Shown here: positions 1 to 13,199 of the stretch, one piece after another
Numbering within the stretch: position 1 is the stretch's first letter
Layout: the number at the start of each line of letters is the position of its first letter
Assembly: GCF_902713615.1 (NCBI RefSeq)
Contig: NC_052166.1
Coordinates: 68,596,406-68,660,405, forward strand
Source of the DNA: Scyliorhinus canicula
Taxonomy: Eukaryota
Direction: 5' to 3'
Length of the DNA stretch: 64,000 bases
Notes under the pieces: model-generated
Told to the model about the DNA's origin: nothing
Seen by the model: only the letters and a program-made list of their open reading frames with translations
Database searches by the model: none
Position numbers and translations under genes: made by a program

Positions 1-313
1 CTGACAGTGCAGCACTCCCTCAGTACTGATCCTCTGACAGTGCAGCACTCCCTCAGTACTGACCCTCTGACAGTGCGGCACTCCCTCAGTACTGACCCTC
101 TGACAGTGCGGCACTCCCTCAGTACTGACCCTCTGACAGTGCGGCACTCCCTCAGTACTGACCCTCTGACAGTGCAGCACTCCCTCAGTACTGACCCTCT
201 GACAGTGCAGTACTCCCTCGGTACTGACCCTCTGACAGTGCAGCACTCCCTCAGTACTGACCCTCTGACAGTGCGGCACTCCCTCAGTACTGACCCTCTG
301 ACAGTGCTGCGCC
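1..313. repeat. 33-bp minisatellite (CTGACAGTGCRGCACTCCCTCAGTACTGACCCT)n, about 9.5 units, continues off the left edge; within MED22 intron 3
   Basis: Direct tandem repeat; explains the [10 protein letters not shown](Q/R) pseudo-ORF. Confidence 0.97.
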
Positions 314-319
314 ACTCTC

Positions 320-1390
320 TGGGTGAAAAGTGTTTTCCTTTAATCCTCTCAATTTCCTGCCCCTGACCGTAAATCCATACTCCCTGGTGAATTACCTCTG
401 TACGGAGGAGTAAAGTTCCTTCCTATCTGTCTTTCATAATTTTGTACATCTCGATCAGGTTCCCCTCAGCATTCTCTACTCTAAGGAAAGCAACCCCAGC
501 CTAACCAGCTTCCCTTCATATCGGAAACACTCCAGTTCAGGCAACATCCTGGTGAATCTCCTTTGCCCCCTTCCTCGTCCAATCACATCATTCCTACAGT
601 GTGGTGGCCAGAACTGCCCACAGTTCTCCTGCTGTGGCCCAACGACTTTTCTTTTACACAGCTCCATCATCACCTTCCTGCTCTTATATTCTATGCTTCA
701 GCTAATAAAGGCAGGTATCCCATACTCCTTCTTAACTACCTCATCTACCTGCCTTGCTGCCTTCAAGTATGTCTGGACATGTGCCCTCGGATCCTCTGTA
801 CTTTTTAGCATACTACTGTTCATTGTATATTCCTGTGCCTTGTTAGTCCTCTCAAAGTGCATCACCTCGGAATTTAGTTAAGTTCCTTTTGCCACTATTC
901 CATCGTACTCGCCTGTCTATTTTGTCCTGCAGTCTCAGGCTTTCCTCCTCTCGCAAACGTGCTAATTATACCTCCAACTTTCATGTCCAGATCATTAATC
1001 TACACTACAAACTGGAAGGGAGCCAGCACCAATCCCTGCGGAACACCACTGCACACAGGCTTCCAGTCCCAAAGACAACCGTTGACCATCTCCCTCTGCA
1101 TCTTGTTACTAAGTCAATTCTGGATCCTTTTTGTCAAATTACCATGGATCCCATGAGCCCCTACCTTCTTCATGAGCCTCCCATGCGGGACCTTGTCAAA
1201 AGCCTCATTGAATTGTCCATGTAGACTACATCAACTGCCCTCATCGACACACCTAGTCACCTCCTCGAAAAATTCAATGAAATTTGTTAGATATGATCTC
1301 CCCTTGACAAAGCCATGCTGACAATCCTGGATTAATCCTTGTCTCTCCAAGTGGCGATTAGTTCTATCCCTCAGATTTTTTTCCCCAATT
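320..1390 (-). mobile_element. Decayed CR1/HER1-type LINE ORF2 fragment
   Basis: Minus-strand peptides QHGFVKGRSYLTNFIEFFEEVT and QRRFTRMLPEL, with stops and frameshifts. Confidence 0.85.
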
Positions 1391-1500
1391 CTGCAGCGTC
1401 CCCCCTCAGTACTGGAATCGTCAGCCTGGCTTTGTGTTCCAGTCAGCAGAATGGAACTCAAACCCACAATCATCTGCCTTGGGGATGAGAGTGTTATCTC
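1390..1500 (-). mobile_element. DeuSINE-like (SacSINE1/AmnSINE1-related) 5' fragment
   Basis: tgcagcgtccccctcagtactgg..gtcagcctgg..gaactcaaacccacaa resembles the reverse complement of the DeuSINE head-body junction (consensus recalled, not aligned). Confidence 0.6.
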
Positions 1501-3350
1501 CCCAACGGTAACTGACCCAAATGAGGGCGATTGAAATTAAGGCACCGAGTGAATCAGGAGAAACTGTTTCCAATGACAGAAGGGTTGTTAATCAGAGGAA
1601 ACAGATTTAATATAATCAGCAATTTTCTTTTAGTCAGTGAGAAACGATGTGGAATTTTCTAGGTGTAAACAATTGTCTTGTTCAATTATCTCTCTCGGTG
1701 CTACGGTGGATGGGGGAGGGGGACAGATATTTGTCTCAGTTGGTGTCACAGAAGGCTGTTTAAGATAAGCCACCTATTGTGCACAGTGCCTGTTATTTAA
1801 TTCCACATCCCGCAATGAAACCGAATATCTGACATTGTGTATAACAGACGGCTGATCCAATATCACACACTCTGCGTCCATGTTGCGGGGAGTTTGGTTA
1901 CAGTAGTGTACAGTCAAGTGAGTTCGAGGAAGAGAGTGATGATTAGACCAGGATGTACAGTAAATTAGTCCTTCTTTTAGTCACACATTCCGCCCACAAC
2001 AACAGGATGAGGCCATTCAGCCCCTCAAGCCTGCTCCACAATTCAATTCAATCCAGGTTGCTCTGAATCTCAACTCCATTTACCCTGCCCCCAAACAAGA
2101 TCGATTAAGCTCAGTTTTGACATTTCACATTGGCCCCCAGCCTCAACAGCTTTGTGGGGGACTGAGTTCCAGATTTTCACTCATCTTTGTGTGAAAAACT
2201 GCCCCCTTGTGAACTCACCTCCCAACACCCTCGCTCAGATTTCAAGATTTTGGCCTTATTTTCATATTTCCGTTGTGGCCATGTTTAGAATGGGAATTAC
2301 CCCTGTAAAATACACCATCTCTCCTCCTCCCCCCCCCCCAGCTTACAAAGGTTAACATGGAATTTGTCAATTAACTTGTCGACAATATGGACAGATGTTT
2401 TACAGGTATTAATAATGTTGTCACCTTTTCAGGGAAATGTCAGCTTGAGACCCCAATTCTGACCCGTGCACTTTCATTCCAGCCAGAATTACTGCATGTT
2501 TCCATCAGGCGAGGCAAGATCAGGTGATTAACTTTTGTTCAAATAACCTTCTGCCAGCCTTGAATTTATACAGTACCTTTACTGTAATAAAACATCCCAA
2601 GGTGCCTCACTGGAGTGTGAAGCAGAGACAATTTCACACACAAGAACTGGTGGCCGCTCTTGGTCTGAGTGATAGGTTTTAGGTCTAAAAGGAGAGAGAG
2701 AGACAGAGAAGTAGAGGGGTTTAGGGAGGGCACCTGGAGGCATGGCCAAAAATGGTGATTGATTAAAATCATTTGGAGAGGTACAGGATGTTAATGTTGC
2801 AGCCCTTTAACAATAAAGCACATGCTCCAGTTCTAAGCGAGAGTTACTAATTGGGAAAAGGAAGATTGCACCTGTGTTCTCCGGGTCTATTATTTACAGC
2901 ACAGGAAGAGGCCATTCGGCCCACTGTGTCCGCACCAACTCCCAAAAGAGCTACCTAGCTAGTCCCATTCCCCAGCACATCTCTCCATAGCCCTCGAAAT
3001 TCATCACTTTCAAATATATATCCAGCTCTCTTTGTACCCTCCAATGGAATCCATCTCCACCACTCCGAAGCAGCACATTCCACACCCCAACAACTCCGAG
3101 GAAAGAAGTTTTGCCTCATCTCACTCCGAGCTCTCTTGCTGACCATCTTGAAATTGTGAACCCCGTCACTGACATACCAACTAGTGGAAACAGAATATCC
3201 TCTTTACCCTGTCAAAATTGCTCAGAATTGTGAACACCTCAATAAGGTCACAAGAAGGGTTGTGTGAATAAATCAATGTTAAGGAAACTGGGCTTAGTTC
3301 CTCCTTGGCACAGTGAATGGGCAGCATGTTTAACACAGGAGACAGATATT

Positions 3351-3920
3351 GTGTGCGGGACCCCGTACCCAAGTGAGGGTCAGTGTGTGCGGGACCCCGC
3401 ACCCCAGTGAGAGTCAGTGTGTATTGAACCCGTATCCCAGTGAGAGTCAGTGTGTTTGGGGCCCATACCCCAGTGAGAGTCGGTGTGTGCGGGACCCCGT
3501 CCCCAAGTGAGAGTCAGTGTGTGTGGGACCCCGTACCCAAGTGAGAGTCAGTGTGTGTGGAACCCGTACCCCAGTGAGAGTCAGTGTGTGTGGGACCCGT
3601 ACCCCAGTGAGAGAGTCAGTGTTGCGTGGGACCCGTATCCCAGTGAGAGTCAGTTTGGGACCCATACCCCAGTGAGAGTCAGTGTGTGTGGAACCCGTAC
3701 CCCAGTGGGGGTCAATGTGTGCGGGACCCCATACCCAAGTGAGAGTCAGTGTGTGTGGAACCCGTACCCCAGTGAGAGTCAGTGTGTGTGGGACCCGTAC
3801 CCCAGTGAGAGTCAGTGTGTGTGGGACCCATACCCCAGTGAGAGTCAGTGTGTGTGGGACCCATACCCCAGTGAGTCAGTGTTTGGGACCCATACCCGAG
3901 TGAGAGTCAGTGTGTGTGGG
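3351..3920. repeat. 33-bp minisatellite (GTGTGTGTGGGACCCGTACCCCAGTGAGAGTCA)n, about 17 units
   Basis: Direct tandem repeat ending 48 bp from the MED22 exon 3 donor. Confidence 0.95.
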
Positions 3921-3968
3921 AGGTTTCAATGAGGTGAATGGGCAGTATTTGACCCACTCGCTACTTAC

Positions 3969-6900
3969 AATATTTGCTGCTCTAACATGCATTTCGTAGT
4001 GATCTTGTTCACACTGAGTCGCACGGGATACCTGCGTCTCATCTTCAACCTGCAAAACAAGAGTCAGGACCACCATTAGTGCAACGTTGCATCAAATCTC
4101 TGACCATTTCACAAATGCAGTTGGTTCTATTTGTTCATTGGTTCGCTCAGCAAGATGGTAGATACCTGACCAGCCGGAGGCTATTCTGTCTTTCAACCCT
4201 ATTCCCATTCAATCAGATCATGGCTGATCTGCAGCCCTTCTCCAATAACCCACCGTGACCGCATAGAGTCACAGCCTCATCCAGCAAACTTCTATTCAGA
4301 CTAGACAAGCTGGGATTGTTCTCCTTACAGCAGCGAAGGGTAGCGGAGAATTACTACAGAAGTTCAACTATGAAAGGGTTTATCGAGTCACAATTTCCAG
4401 TGGTGGAGGGTCAGTGGCTGGAGGGTCAGCGACTGGAGGGTCAGCGGCTGGAGGGTCAGCGGCTGGAGTGAGTTATGGTGAAAGAGCAGTGGAAGCCGAT
4501 TGAATAGTAACTTTCACAACTAAAATGAATAAATATTTGGCAGGGCGTGGGGATGGAGCAGGGGGACTAGCATTGACATAACTGAGTAAGACCATAAGAC
4601 CATACGACATAGGAGCAGAATTAGGCCACTCGGCCCATCGAGTCTGCTCCACCATTCAATCATGGCTGATATTTTCTAATCCTCATTCTCCTGCCTTCTC
4701 CCCATAACCCCTGATCCCCTTAAATAGTCAACAAAATGTTTTTGATTTATTTGTCAAACATTGCAAGGAGAAATTTGACAGATTCTGTGCACATTTTTAG
4801 TCTCGATATTATAAAATAGATATGGGGCACCAAGAAAGATGGATGACACTTGCGTGCAGTATTAACACCAGCACGGGGCAGTCAGGCTGAATGGCCTGTT
4901 TCTGGGCTGTAAAAGTCTGTGTAACCAATTAATTCTTTACCACCTGGGCTTCCATTATCACCCGGGCAGGGGGGAGATGGAGGAGGGAGAATCTCATGTT
5001 GAGCTAGTGGAAGGGAAGATGGGGCAGTAAGAAACAGAAGCTTACGGACCTCAGGGATTTGAAACTCTGACTCCAGTCAGTGCAGGCGGGTGGTGGGATT
5101 TGTGGGGAACAGTGGAAGGGGAAATAGCATCCGGAGTTAAACATGTCATAGTTCCTGCTCCCGATCCCCGCCGCCTCACTGTTAACCAATGTGCTGGAAA
5201 GGAGCCGTGAAAATTAAATGAATAAAACTGCTGATTGACTTTAATTAGAAAAACAATCCAATATGACTCCTGTAGAAGAGTCATCTGGACTCGAAACGTT
5301 AACTGTTTCTTCTCTTCACAGATGCAGCTGGACCTGCTGAGTTTATCCATCATTCTGTTTTTATTTCAGATTTCCAGCTTCCGTAGTATTCTGGTTTTAT
5401 TTTGTTGCTTAGATTCACATCCATTAAACAGAGTGCTGAAAAGCTGAATGTGCAGCAATTAAAGCATTTTTTTCATCCAAGTTGCACTATTTAGTCAAAC
5501 AGTGAAACTCTTTGGGGAAGGGTAAATATGAATTAGGCCACTCGGCCCCTCGAGCCTACTCCACCATTCAATAAGATCTGATTGTAAATCCCCACATTCC
5601 TGTCTCACCCCTGATAACCTTTAATCAAGAAACTCTCTGGCTCTGCCTGAAAAACATTCAAAGATTCTGCTTCCACTGCCTTTTCAGGAAGAGAGTTCCA
5701 GAGACTCTCAATCCTCAGAGAAAAACATTCTCCTCATCTCTGACTTAAATGGGTGACCCCTTATTTTTATTTTTTATTTTAGAGTACCCAATTCATTTTT
5801 CCCAATTAAGGGGCAATTTATCGTGACCAATCCACCTACCCTGCACATCTTTGGGTTGTGGGGGCGAAACCCACGCAAACATGAGGAGAATGTGCAAACT
5901 CCACACGGACAGTGACCCAGAGCCGGGATCGAACTTGGGAACTCCGCGCCGTGAGGCAGCAGGGCTAACCACTGCACCACCGTGCTGACCAACCCCTTAT
6001 TTTTAAATATTGACCTCGAGTTCTAGATTCTCCGACAAGATTCTCCACATCCACCTTGTCAATACCCCTCAGGATCTCACATATTTCAATCAAGTATCCT
6101 CTTACTCTTCTAAACTAGAGTGGTTACAAGTCTCACCTCTCCAACCTTTCCTCATAAAACAATCCGCCCATTCCTGGTAATAGTCGAGTAAACCTTCCTT
6201 GACATGCTTTAAACACATTTACATATTTCCTTAAATAAGACGACCAATACTGTTCACAATTCTCCGCATGTGGTCTCACTCTGTGGCCCTGTATAACTGA
6301 AGCATTATCCCCCTATTTTTGTATTCAATACCCTCATAATAAAGGATAAAACTCCATTAGCTTTCCTATTAACTTGCTGTACCTACATCCGTATACCAAC
6401 ACCATTTGTGATTCGCCCACAAGGACACCCAGATCCCTCTCCACCTCAGTGCTCTGGATTCTCTCACCATTCTGATAAAATGCTTCTTTGTTTTTTTTTG
6501 CCAAAATGGACAATTTCACATTTTTCTACGTCTGCCCAGATCTTTGCTCAGGAGGTGGTGGGGTTGCAATGCTCAAGTTTTCCTGACACAGGAAGGGGTT
6601 ACAGTTACGGAGATGTGAAAAATTAGAACTCTTGTCACAGGAGCAGACAAGGTCAAAGGTGACCCTGCTATAGGAGTTTGAGATTAGGAAAGATTATAAA
6701 ATAGGGGCAGCAGGGTAGCATGGTGGTTAGCATAAATGCTTCACAGCTCCAGGGTCCCAGGTTCGATTCCCGGCTGGGTCACTGTCTGTGTGGAGTCTGC
6801 ACGTCCTCCCCGTGTGTGCGTGGGTTTCCTCCGGGTGCTCCGGTTTCCTCCCACAGTCCAAAGATGTGCGGGTTAGGTGGATTGGCCAGGCTAAATTGCC

Positions 6901-8631
6901 CGTAGTGTCCTAATAAAAGTAAGGTTATGGGGGGGGGTTGTTGGGTTACGGGTATAGGGTGGATACGTGGGTTTGAGTAGGGTGATCATGGCTCGGCACA
7001 ACATTGAGGGCCGAAGGGCCTGTTCTGTGCTGTACTGTTCTATGTTCTAAAAGGCTCAATAGTCAGCGGCTGGCCGCATTGATCAGTGAGACAGGAACGA
7101 GAGGCAGTTATTTTAAATAATCACAAAAAAATTAGTGACTAGAAAATGTTTTGATACAGTTAGCAATCAGAATGTTGGATTTTTGGTCACAAACCCTTGT
7201 TGAAACAAATCTGTAAATTCTCCGAAAAGGAAATGAAACACTTTCTGACAAACAGCTACATTAAACTCAAAGCCGAGTGAGTGGGAATAAGCTGCGTAAA
7301 TTGGGTGTTGATAGGGGCACATCAAGAGATCAGAATGTGGGCAGCACGGTGGCACAGTGGTTAGCACTGCTGCTTCACGGCACTGAGGACTCGGGTTCGA
7401 TCCAGTGTGGAGTTTGCACATTCTCCCCACGTCTGCGTGGGTTTCACCCCCACAATCCACCTGCAGGCTAAGTGGATTGGCCACGCCAAGTCCCTAGGGG
7501 TGCACATCACCAACAATCTGTCCTGGTTCACCCTTGTCGATGCTAATTGGAAAGAAAGCAGAACAGAGCCTACTTCCTCAGGAAACTAATAGAATTTGGC
7601 ATGTCCACAATGACTCTTATAATAATAATAATCTTTATTATTGTCGCAATCCTATCTGGCTGCATCACAGCCTGGTAAGGAACTGCTCACCCAAGACTGT
7701 AAGAAACTACAGAGAGTCGTGAACACAATCCAGTCCATCACACGAACCTGCCTCCCATCCATTGACTCGGTCTAGACCTCCCGCTGCCTTTGGGAAAGCG
7801 GGCAGCATAATCAAAGACTCGACGCACACGGGTTATTCTCTCTTCCAATTTCTTCCATCGGGCAGGACATATAAAAGTCTGAGAACACGCACTAAAACGT
7901 TCAAAAACAGCTTCTTCCCCACTGTTACCAGACTTCTGAATGACCCTCTTCTGGACTGAACTGATCTCTTCACACATCCTCTCTACTGTGTAGTACTGCA
8001 CTCCGTAAGTTTCACCCAATACTATGTATTTACATTGTGTAGTTATGTATGTCCTATATTTAGTTTTCTCATGTACAGAACAATCTGTCTGGACTGTACG
8101 CAGAACAATACCTTTCACCGTACCTCGGTACACATGACAATAAAACTCAATCCAATCATCCCTTAATTGGAATAAAATAATTGGGTACTCTAAATGTATT
8201 CAATTTTTTAATTGGCAAAAAATGGGCATTAGATATTCAAAATTTATTTTTAAAAAAGAGATCCGAATGTGTTAGATTAATAAACACTGGCAGAGTTAAT
8301 GGGCCAAATGACCCATTTCCGTGCTGGAACTTTCTATCTTTCCTTGACTGCCAGTGAAAGACAAAGAATGTTGAGGTATGACTTAGATGTTGCTCGGGAT
8401 TTACGATTTGATGCGCCAAATGAGATCTACCCAGGATAAGCATGAAAAGGAGCATCCTCGCTCAGATGGGCCTTGATAACACAACATGCCTCATTCGGTG
8501 TCACATACCCGGGCACTTTTGATGATTTCTGTGAAGTTATCCAGAATCGATTTGATGTCGTCTTTCAGTCTCTTGTTGTAGGACTGGAGCAGCAGCTCTT
8601 TACTCTGAGGCAAGGTTCGTTGCTGTGACAT
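3969..8631 (-). CDS. MED22: Mediator subunit 22 (SURF5), 5' part: coding exons 8631-8509 (123 bp) and 4049-3969 (81 bp); remaining exons lie left of the window
   Basis: [41 protein letters not shown]|[27 protein letters not shown] matches the vertebrate MED22 N-terminus; AG acceptors at 8650-8649 and 4051-4050, GT donors at 8508 and 3968; phase 0. Confidence 0.96.
5265..5400 (+). mobile_element. Penelope-like pLTR remnant with degenerate hammerhead core (second family; related copies at about 34540-34690 and 37700-37800)
   Basis: ctgtagaa-gagtc-atctg-gactc-gaaacgtt (CUGANGA..GAAA-like core with hairpin), followed by cacagatgc..gacctgctgagttt..ccagcatt, largely shared with the other two copies. 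Confidence 0.55.
5762..5989 (-). mobile_element. tRNA-derived V-SINE, short subfamily with ...aattgggtactctaaa(A-rich) tail
   Basis: A/B-box head, V-domain gggtcactgtccgtgtggagtttgcac, shared tail. Confidence 0.85.
6704..7049 (+). mobile_element. HE1-type V-SINE, full length, with CR1/HER1 3' tail
   Basis: gggcagcagggtagcatggtggttagc..ggttcgattccc head; tail gggccgaagggcctgttctgtgctgtactgttctatgttcta; near-identical to copies at 15782, 18825, 29606 and 32140. Confidence 0.92.
7489..8157 (+). mobile_element. Rex1/Babar-like LINE 3' fragment inserted inside a V-SINE (SINE head 7339-7488, SINE tail 8160-8200)
   Basis: [42 protein letters not shown]; same family as 23930-25270. Confidence 0.75.
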
Positions 8632-8746
8632 CCTGGCCACTGGTCAGCCTGTGACACCAAAAGGGAACAAAGCCACGTTATTACAAATTTCTCAACCTTA
8701 TCTGCAAAGTCTTCGGTGTTCAGTTGCAGAGAATTAGGCTCCCCAC

Positions 8747-9036
8747 TGATGAAACCATCAATTCACCAGACACGTGCTTTCCGATATGAACAGTGGTTTT
8801 AATCTACTTACTACAGAGCCAGCCTGTTACCCATTGATGAACTCTGTGTGAACTGCAGGCTGACTCTGGACAAGGGTATTTATACAGCAGCACAAGGGGG
8901 AGGAGTCATGGGCGGAGCCATGGGTGGAGCCCCGCACAAACTCCTGAGCATTCCCAGAGCTACTCCCCCTACTGTTCGGATAGCACTACTGCGCTTACAA
9001 AGATACAGTGTGAATTACCAAGTTACATTCACCACA
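8747..9036 (-). mobile_element. Solo LTR (about 290 bp), copy 1
   Basis: TGATG...CACCACA termini; homologous to 13200-13491 and 56144-56424; flanks CCCAC/CCCAG (4 of 5 match). Confidence 0.8.
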
Positions 9037-9093
9037 CCCAGTAAACCCAAATTAAATAGCCAGAGGTCCGAGTACAAGCCTGGATCTCAGATG

Positions 9094-9321
9094 TTTTTTT
9101 TTAAATAAATTTAGTGTACCCAATCATTTTTCCAATTAAGGGGCAATTTAGCGTGGCCAATCCACCTAGCTTGCACTTTTTTGGGTTGTGGGGGCGAAAC
9201 CCACGCAGACGCGGGGAGAATGTGCAAACTCCACACGGACAGTGACCCAGAGCCGGGATCGAACCTGGGACCTCAGCGCCGTGAGGCGGTTGTGATAACC
9301 ACTAGGCCACCATGCTGCCCC
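9094..9321 (-). mobile_element. V-SINE, short A-tail subfamily
   Basis: Same structure as 5762-5989. Confidence 0.85.
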
Positions 9322-9501
9322 TGGATCTCAGATGTTGACAGAGAATGGCTGACCCGACCCCGAAAACTGTCAACTCTCTGGTCGATCAAAAAATCTTTGA
9401 ATATATTCTACGTTCCAGCCTCCACTGCCCTGAGGAACAGAACACCAAAAGCCAACGACCCTCAGAGAAGCAATCCCTCCTCAACTCCAATTTAAACTTG
9501 G

Positions 9502-9532
<31 letters not shown>

Positions 9533-9822
9533 ATTCTAGATTCCTGTAAGAGGGTAAAAAGAAAACGCTCAGCAACCACCCTGCCAGGCCCCCTCAGAAT
9601 CTTACCCATTTCAAGATCATCCCCATTCAGCTGAACTACAATGAGCACAGGCCCAACCATTACTCCAAAGATCACAGGCCCAACCATTACTCCAAAGATA
9701 AACCATTCCATTTGTGTAAACCTAAAGTGTTGTAATCTATACATCAAGAGATTGGGAACCCAGTTTATCCGAAGCTTGTGGGTTCAAAATTAAGCACAGA
9801 AACCAGATTCACATTGGCAGTG

Positions 9823-10045
9823 CAGTACTGAGGGAGTGCCGCACTGTCAGAGGGTCAGTACTGAGGGAGTGCCGCACTGTCAGAGGGTCAGTACTGAGGG
9901 AGTGCCGCACTGTCAGAGGGTCAGTACTGAGGGAGTGCCGCACTGTCAGAGGGTCAGTACTGAGGGAGTGCTGCACTGTCAGAGGGTCAGTACTGAGGGA
10001 GTGCTGCACTGTCAGAGGGTCAGTACTGAGGGAGTGCTGCACTGT
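9823..10045. repeat. 33-bp minisatellite, reverse orientation, about 7 units, in MED22 intron 1
   Basis: Direct tandem repeat preceded by SINE-like gtgggttcaa..gcacaga..cagtgcagtactgaggg. Confidence 0.95.
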
Positions 10046-10081
10046 AGGAGGGAGGGGGGGTTGTGTTGGTTGGATTCTCAC

Positions 10082-10440
10082 CTGGGACAGAGGACAATGC
10101 CGGCTATGAGGTACGGGCTGTGTGGTGCCGGCTGTGAGGTGCCGGCTGTGGGCTGTGAGCCGCTCTCTCCCCCGCGGACCAGCCGCGCGCTCTCCGCCCG
10201 TTCGCAACCAAACCTGCCTGCTCTCGGGCCCCGCCTCTGACCGCTGCCGATTGGCTAGCGGGCGGGCGGGCCGGGGAATCGGGCATTCTGGGTGGCTGAG
10301 GGAGCTGCCAATCAACCGTCATCGCGCTGCCAGCAAGCTCGATTGACCTGGAGAGTAACCGGCCAATAGGAGGCACCGGCCAGGGCCATGTGACAGATGC
10401 CGCCATCTTAGTGAGGTCCCGCCATCTTGTGAAGGTCACA
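10082..10440 (-). promoter_or_regulatory. MED22: MED22 CpG-island promoter and probable non-coding exon 1 (donor CAG|GTGAGA at 10082/10081)
   Basis: CpG-rich; CCAAT boxes (attgg ~10250, ccaat ~10308 and ~10363); GC boxes gggcgggcgggc; two YY1-type cgccatctt motifs (~10401, ~10420); TSS not determinable. Confidence 0.75.
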
Positions 10441-10899
10441 CCAGTTTCGCTCCAAACATCCAGCAGGGGCTGGAATAGTTTGGCACAAACCACAGCAGGC
10501 ATTGCTTTGTACTTTAATTAATGTGAATAAAGTGAATTCAGGAGAGATCAAACCAGGGAGGCCGCTGGATACAGACATTACAGAATGAATTAGAGAAGAT
10601 TCAGATTAGTGGGTTGCACAAAGGCAGGTTAATTGGAGGGGAGGGGAGGGGAGGGCACTAAGTGCTCATTGGATCCAAGGGGTCAGAACATTTATTCACA
10701 AACTTGGGATGTTGCAAAGTTGTTCAGACACTGAAGTACTTTTGCTGAGTAATTACTTTTGAAACAGAGTAAGTGTGTGGTGGTACGTTTTGATGGGAAC
10801 GAGCTGCTTTCCAGCAGTACCAGCAGAGCTCCAACACCGGCATTCTTCCAGAAGTGGGAAATTGTCCACGCATTTCCTCCAAAATGTAGGGCAAATCCA

Positions 10900-12830
10900 A
10901 CCTGGCTATTTGATGGCCCATCAGGCGTTATCATCAGCCAAGTGACACAATCAAGCAACACTTCCTCAGCTATAACCTGCTCATGGACACTCAGTTTGGG
11001 CTCAGCCAGGGCCACTCATCTCTTGACCTCATTCCAGCCTTGGTCCAAACATGGATAAAAGAGCTGAATGCCAGAGGTGAGGTGAGAGTGACTTGACATC
11101 AAAGCAGCATTTGACCGAGTGACATCAAGGAGCCTGAGCAAAACTGGAGTCAATGGGAATCAAGGGGAAGACTCTGTTGATTGGAGTCAATACTTAGCAC
11201 AAAGGAAGATGGTTTTGGTTGTTGGAGGTCAGCCATCTCAGCTCCAGGACATCACTGCACGAGTTCCTCAGGGGTGGCACAGTGGTCAGCACTGCTGCCT
11301 CACAGTGCCAGGGACCCGGGTTCAATTTCGGCTTTGGGTGACTGCCTGTGTGGAGTTTTCACTTTCCATGTCTGTGTGGGTTTCCTCCGGGTGCTCAGGG
11401 TTCCTCCCACAGTTCAATGATGTGCAGTATAGGTTGATTGGCCATGATAAATTGTCCCTTAGTGTCCAAAGGTTAGGTGGGGTTATGGGATTGCAGGGGG
11501 TTGGGCCTAAGGAGAGTGCTCTTTCAGAGGGTCTGTAGATACTCGATGGGCCAAATGGCCTTCTTGTGCACTCTAGGGATTCCAAGATAGTGTCCTAGGC
11601 ACAACCATCTTCAGCTGCTTCATCAATAACCTTCATTAGAACATAGAACAGTGCATCACAGAACAGGCCCTTCGGCCCTCGATGTTGTGCCGAGCATTGT
11701 CCGAAACGAAGATCAAGCTATCCCACTCCCTGTCATTCTGGTGTGCTCCATGTGCCTATCCATAAGAAATGGGGATGATCGCTGATGACTGCACAATGTT
11801 TAGCAATATTCACAAGCCCACAGGTACAGAAGCAGTCTGTGTCCAAATGCAGCAAGACCTGGACAATTTTTAGGCTTTGGCTGACAAGTGGCAAGTAGCA
11901 TCATATCCCCCACTATTAACATCCTTGGGGTTACCATTGACCAGAAACTAATTGGACTAGCCATTTAAATACTGTGGTCGATATAGTGTAAATACTATAA
12001 ACAGCAGGTCAGAAGCTGGGAATCCTACGGCGAGTAACTCACTCCTGACTCCCCAAAGCCTGTCAACCATCTACAAGACACAAATGAGGAGTGTGATGGA
12101 TTACTCTCCATTTATCTGGATGAGTGCAGCTCCAACAATACTCAAGAAGCTCGACACCATCCAGGACAAAGCAGCCCCGCTTAATTGGCACTCCATCCAC
12201 AAACATTCACTCCCTCCATCACTGACTCATGGTGGCAGCCGTGTGTACCATCAACAAGATAATAATAGTAATCTTTATTATTGTCACAAGTAGGCTTACA
12301 TTAACACTGCAATGAACTTGCTGTAAAAATCCCCTAGCCACATTCCGGCGCCTGTTCAGATACACTGAGGGAGAATTCAGAATGTCCAATTCACCTAACA
12401 AGTACGTCTTTCGGGACTTGTGGGAGGAAACCGGAGCACTCGGAGAAAACCCATGCAGACAGGGTGAGAACGTGCAGACTCCGCACAGACAGTGACCCAA
12501 GGCAGGAATAGCAGCAACTCAACAAGGCTCCTTTGGCAGCACCTTCCAAGTCCACTACTACTTAGAAGGACAAGAACAGCAGACAGATGGGAACACCACC
12601 AAATGGAGGATCCTCTCCGTCACACACACATCCTGAATTGGCTGTTTCTTCACTGTGGCTGGGTCAAAATCATTGAACTCCCTAACAGCACTGTGGTAAT
12701 ACCAACACCACATGGGCTGCAATGGTTCAAGAAGGCAGCTCACCACCAACGTCTGAAGGGCAATTAGGAACGATCAAGAAATGCTGGGCTAGCCAGCGAC
12801 ACCCACAACCCTTGGATGAATTTTAAAAAG
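10900..12830 (+). mobile_element. Decayed CR1-superfamily LINE (lineage distinct from HER1) with nested SINE fragments
   Basis: RSVMDYSPFIWMSAAPTILKKLDTIQDKAA; same family at 46740-49900 and 52700-53850. Confidence 0.75.
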
Positions 12831-13199
12831 TGATTACCCTTAAAAGGTCCATCATTGGCTGTGCAGCGTTTGGGATGTCCTCAGCTTGTGAAAAGTACAA
12901 AGGAAATTCCTGACTTTCCTCCCTTTCAGAAAGGATTCACTCAGACCCTCAACTGGACACAATCACGAGACTTTGAAAACCTTACCTCAGTGACTCATAA
13001 TCACTGTTTTTACATTTGCCTCCACCACTCCCTTAGTGTTGGCCTGGAGCATGGTTCACAGTTAGAACAACGCTGATCTGAGATTGAGTCACGGTGCCTT
13101 GAATATTGAACAGGTAAAAGTAGACATGTGCTGAATGGCCTCCTTTTGTGCCATAAATGGTAGTGGTGGTGGAGCGTGTACAATACTAAAAGTACTGAT

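Noticed and set aside
1500-3350. Searched for MED22 exon 4 (VRAGESLMKLVSDLK..)
   Set aside because: Not found; it presumably lies left of the window.
6704-6780. tRNA-like A/B boxes (also at every SINE head)
   Set aside because: They are SINE heads continuing into V-domain and tail; no complete cloverleaf.
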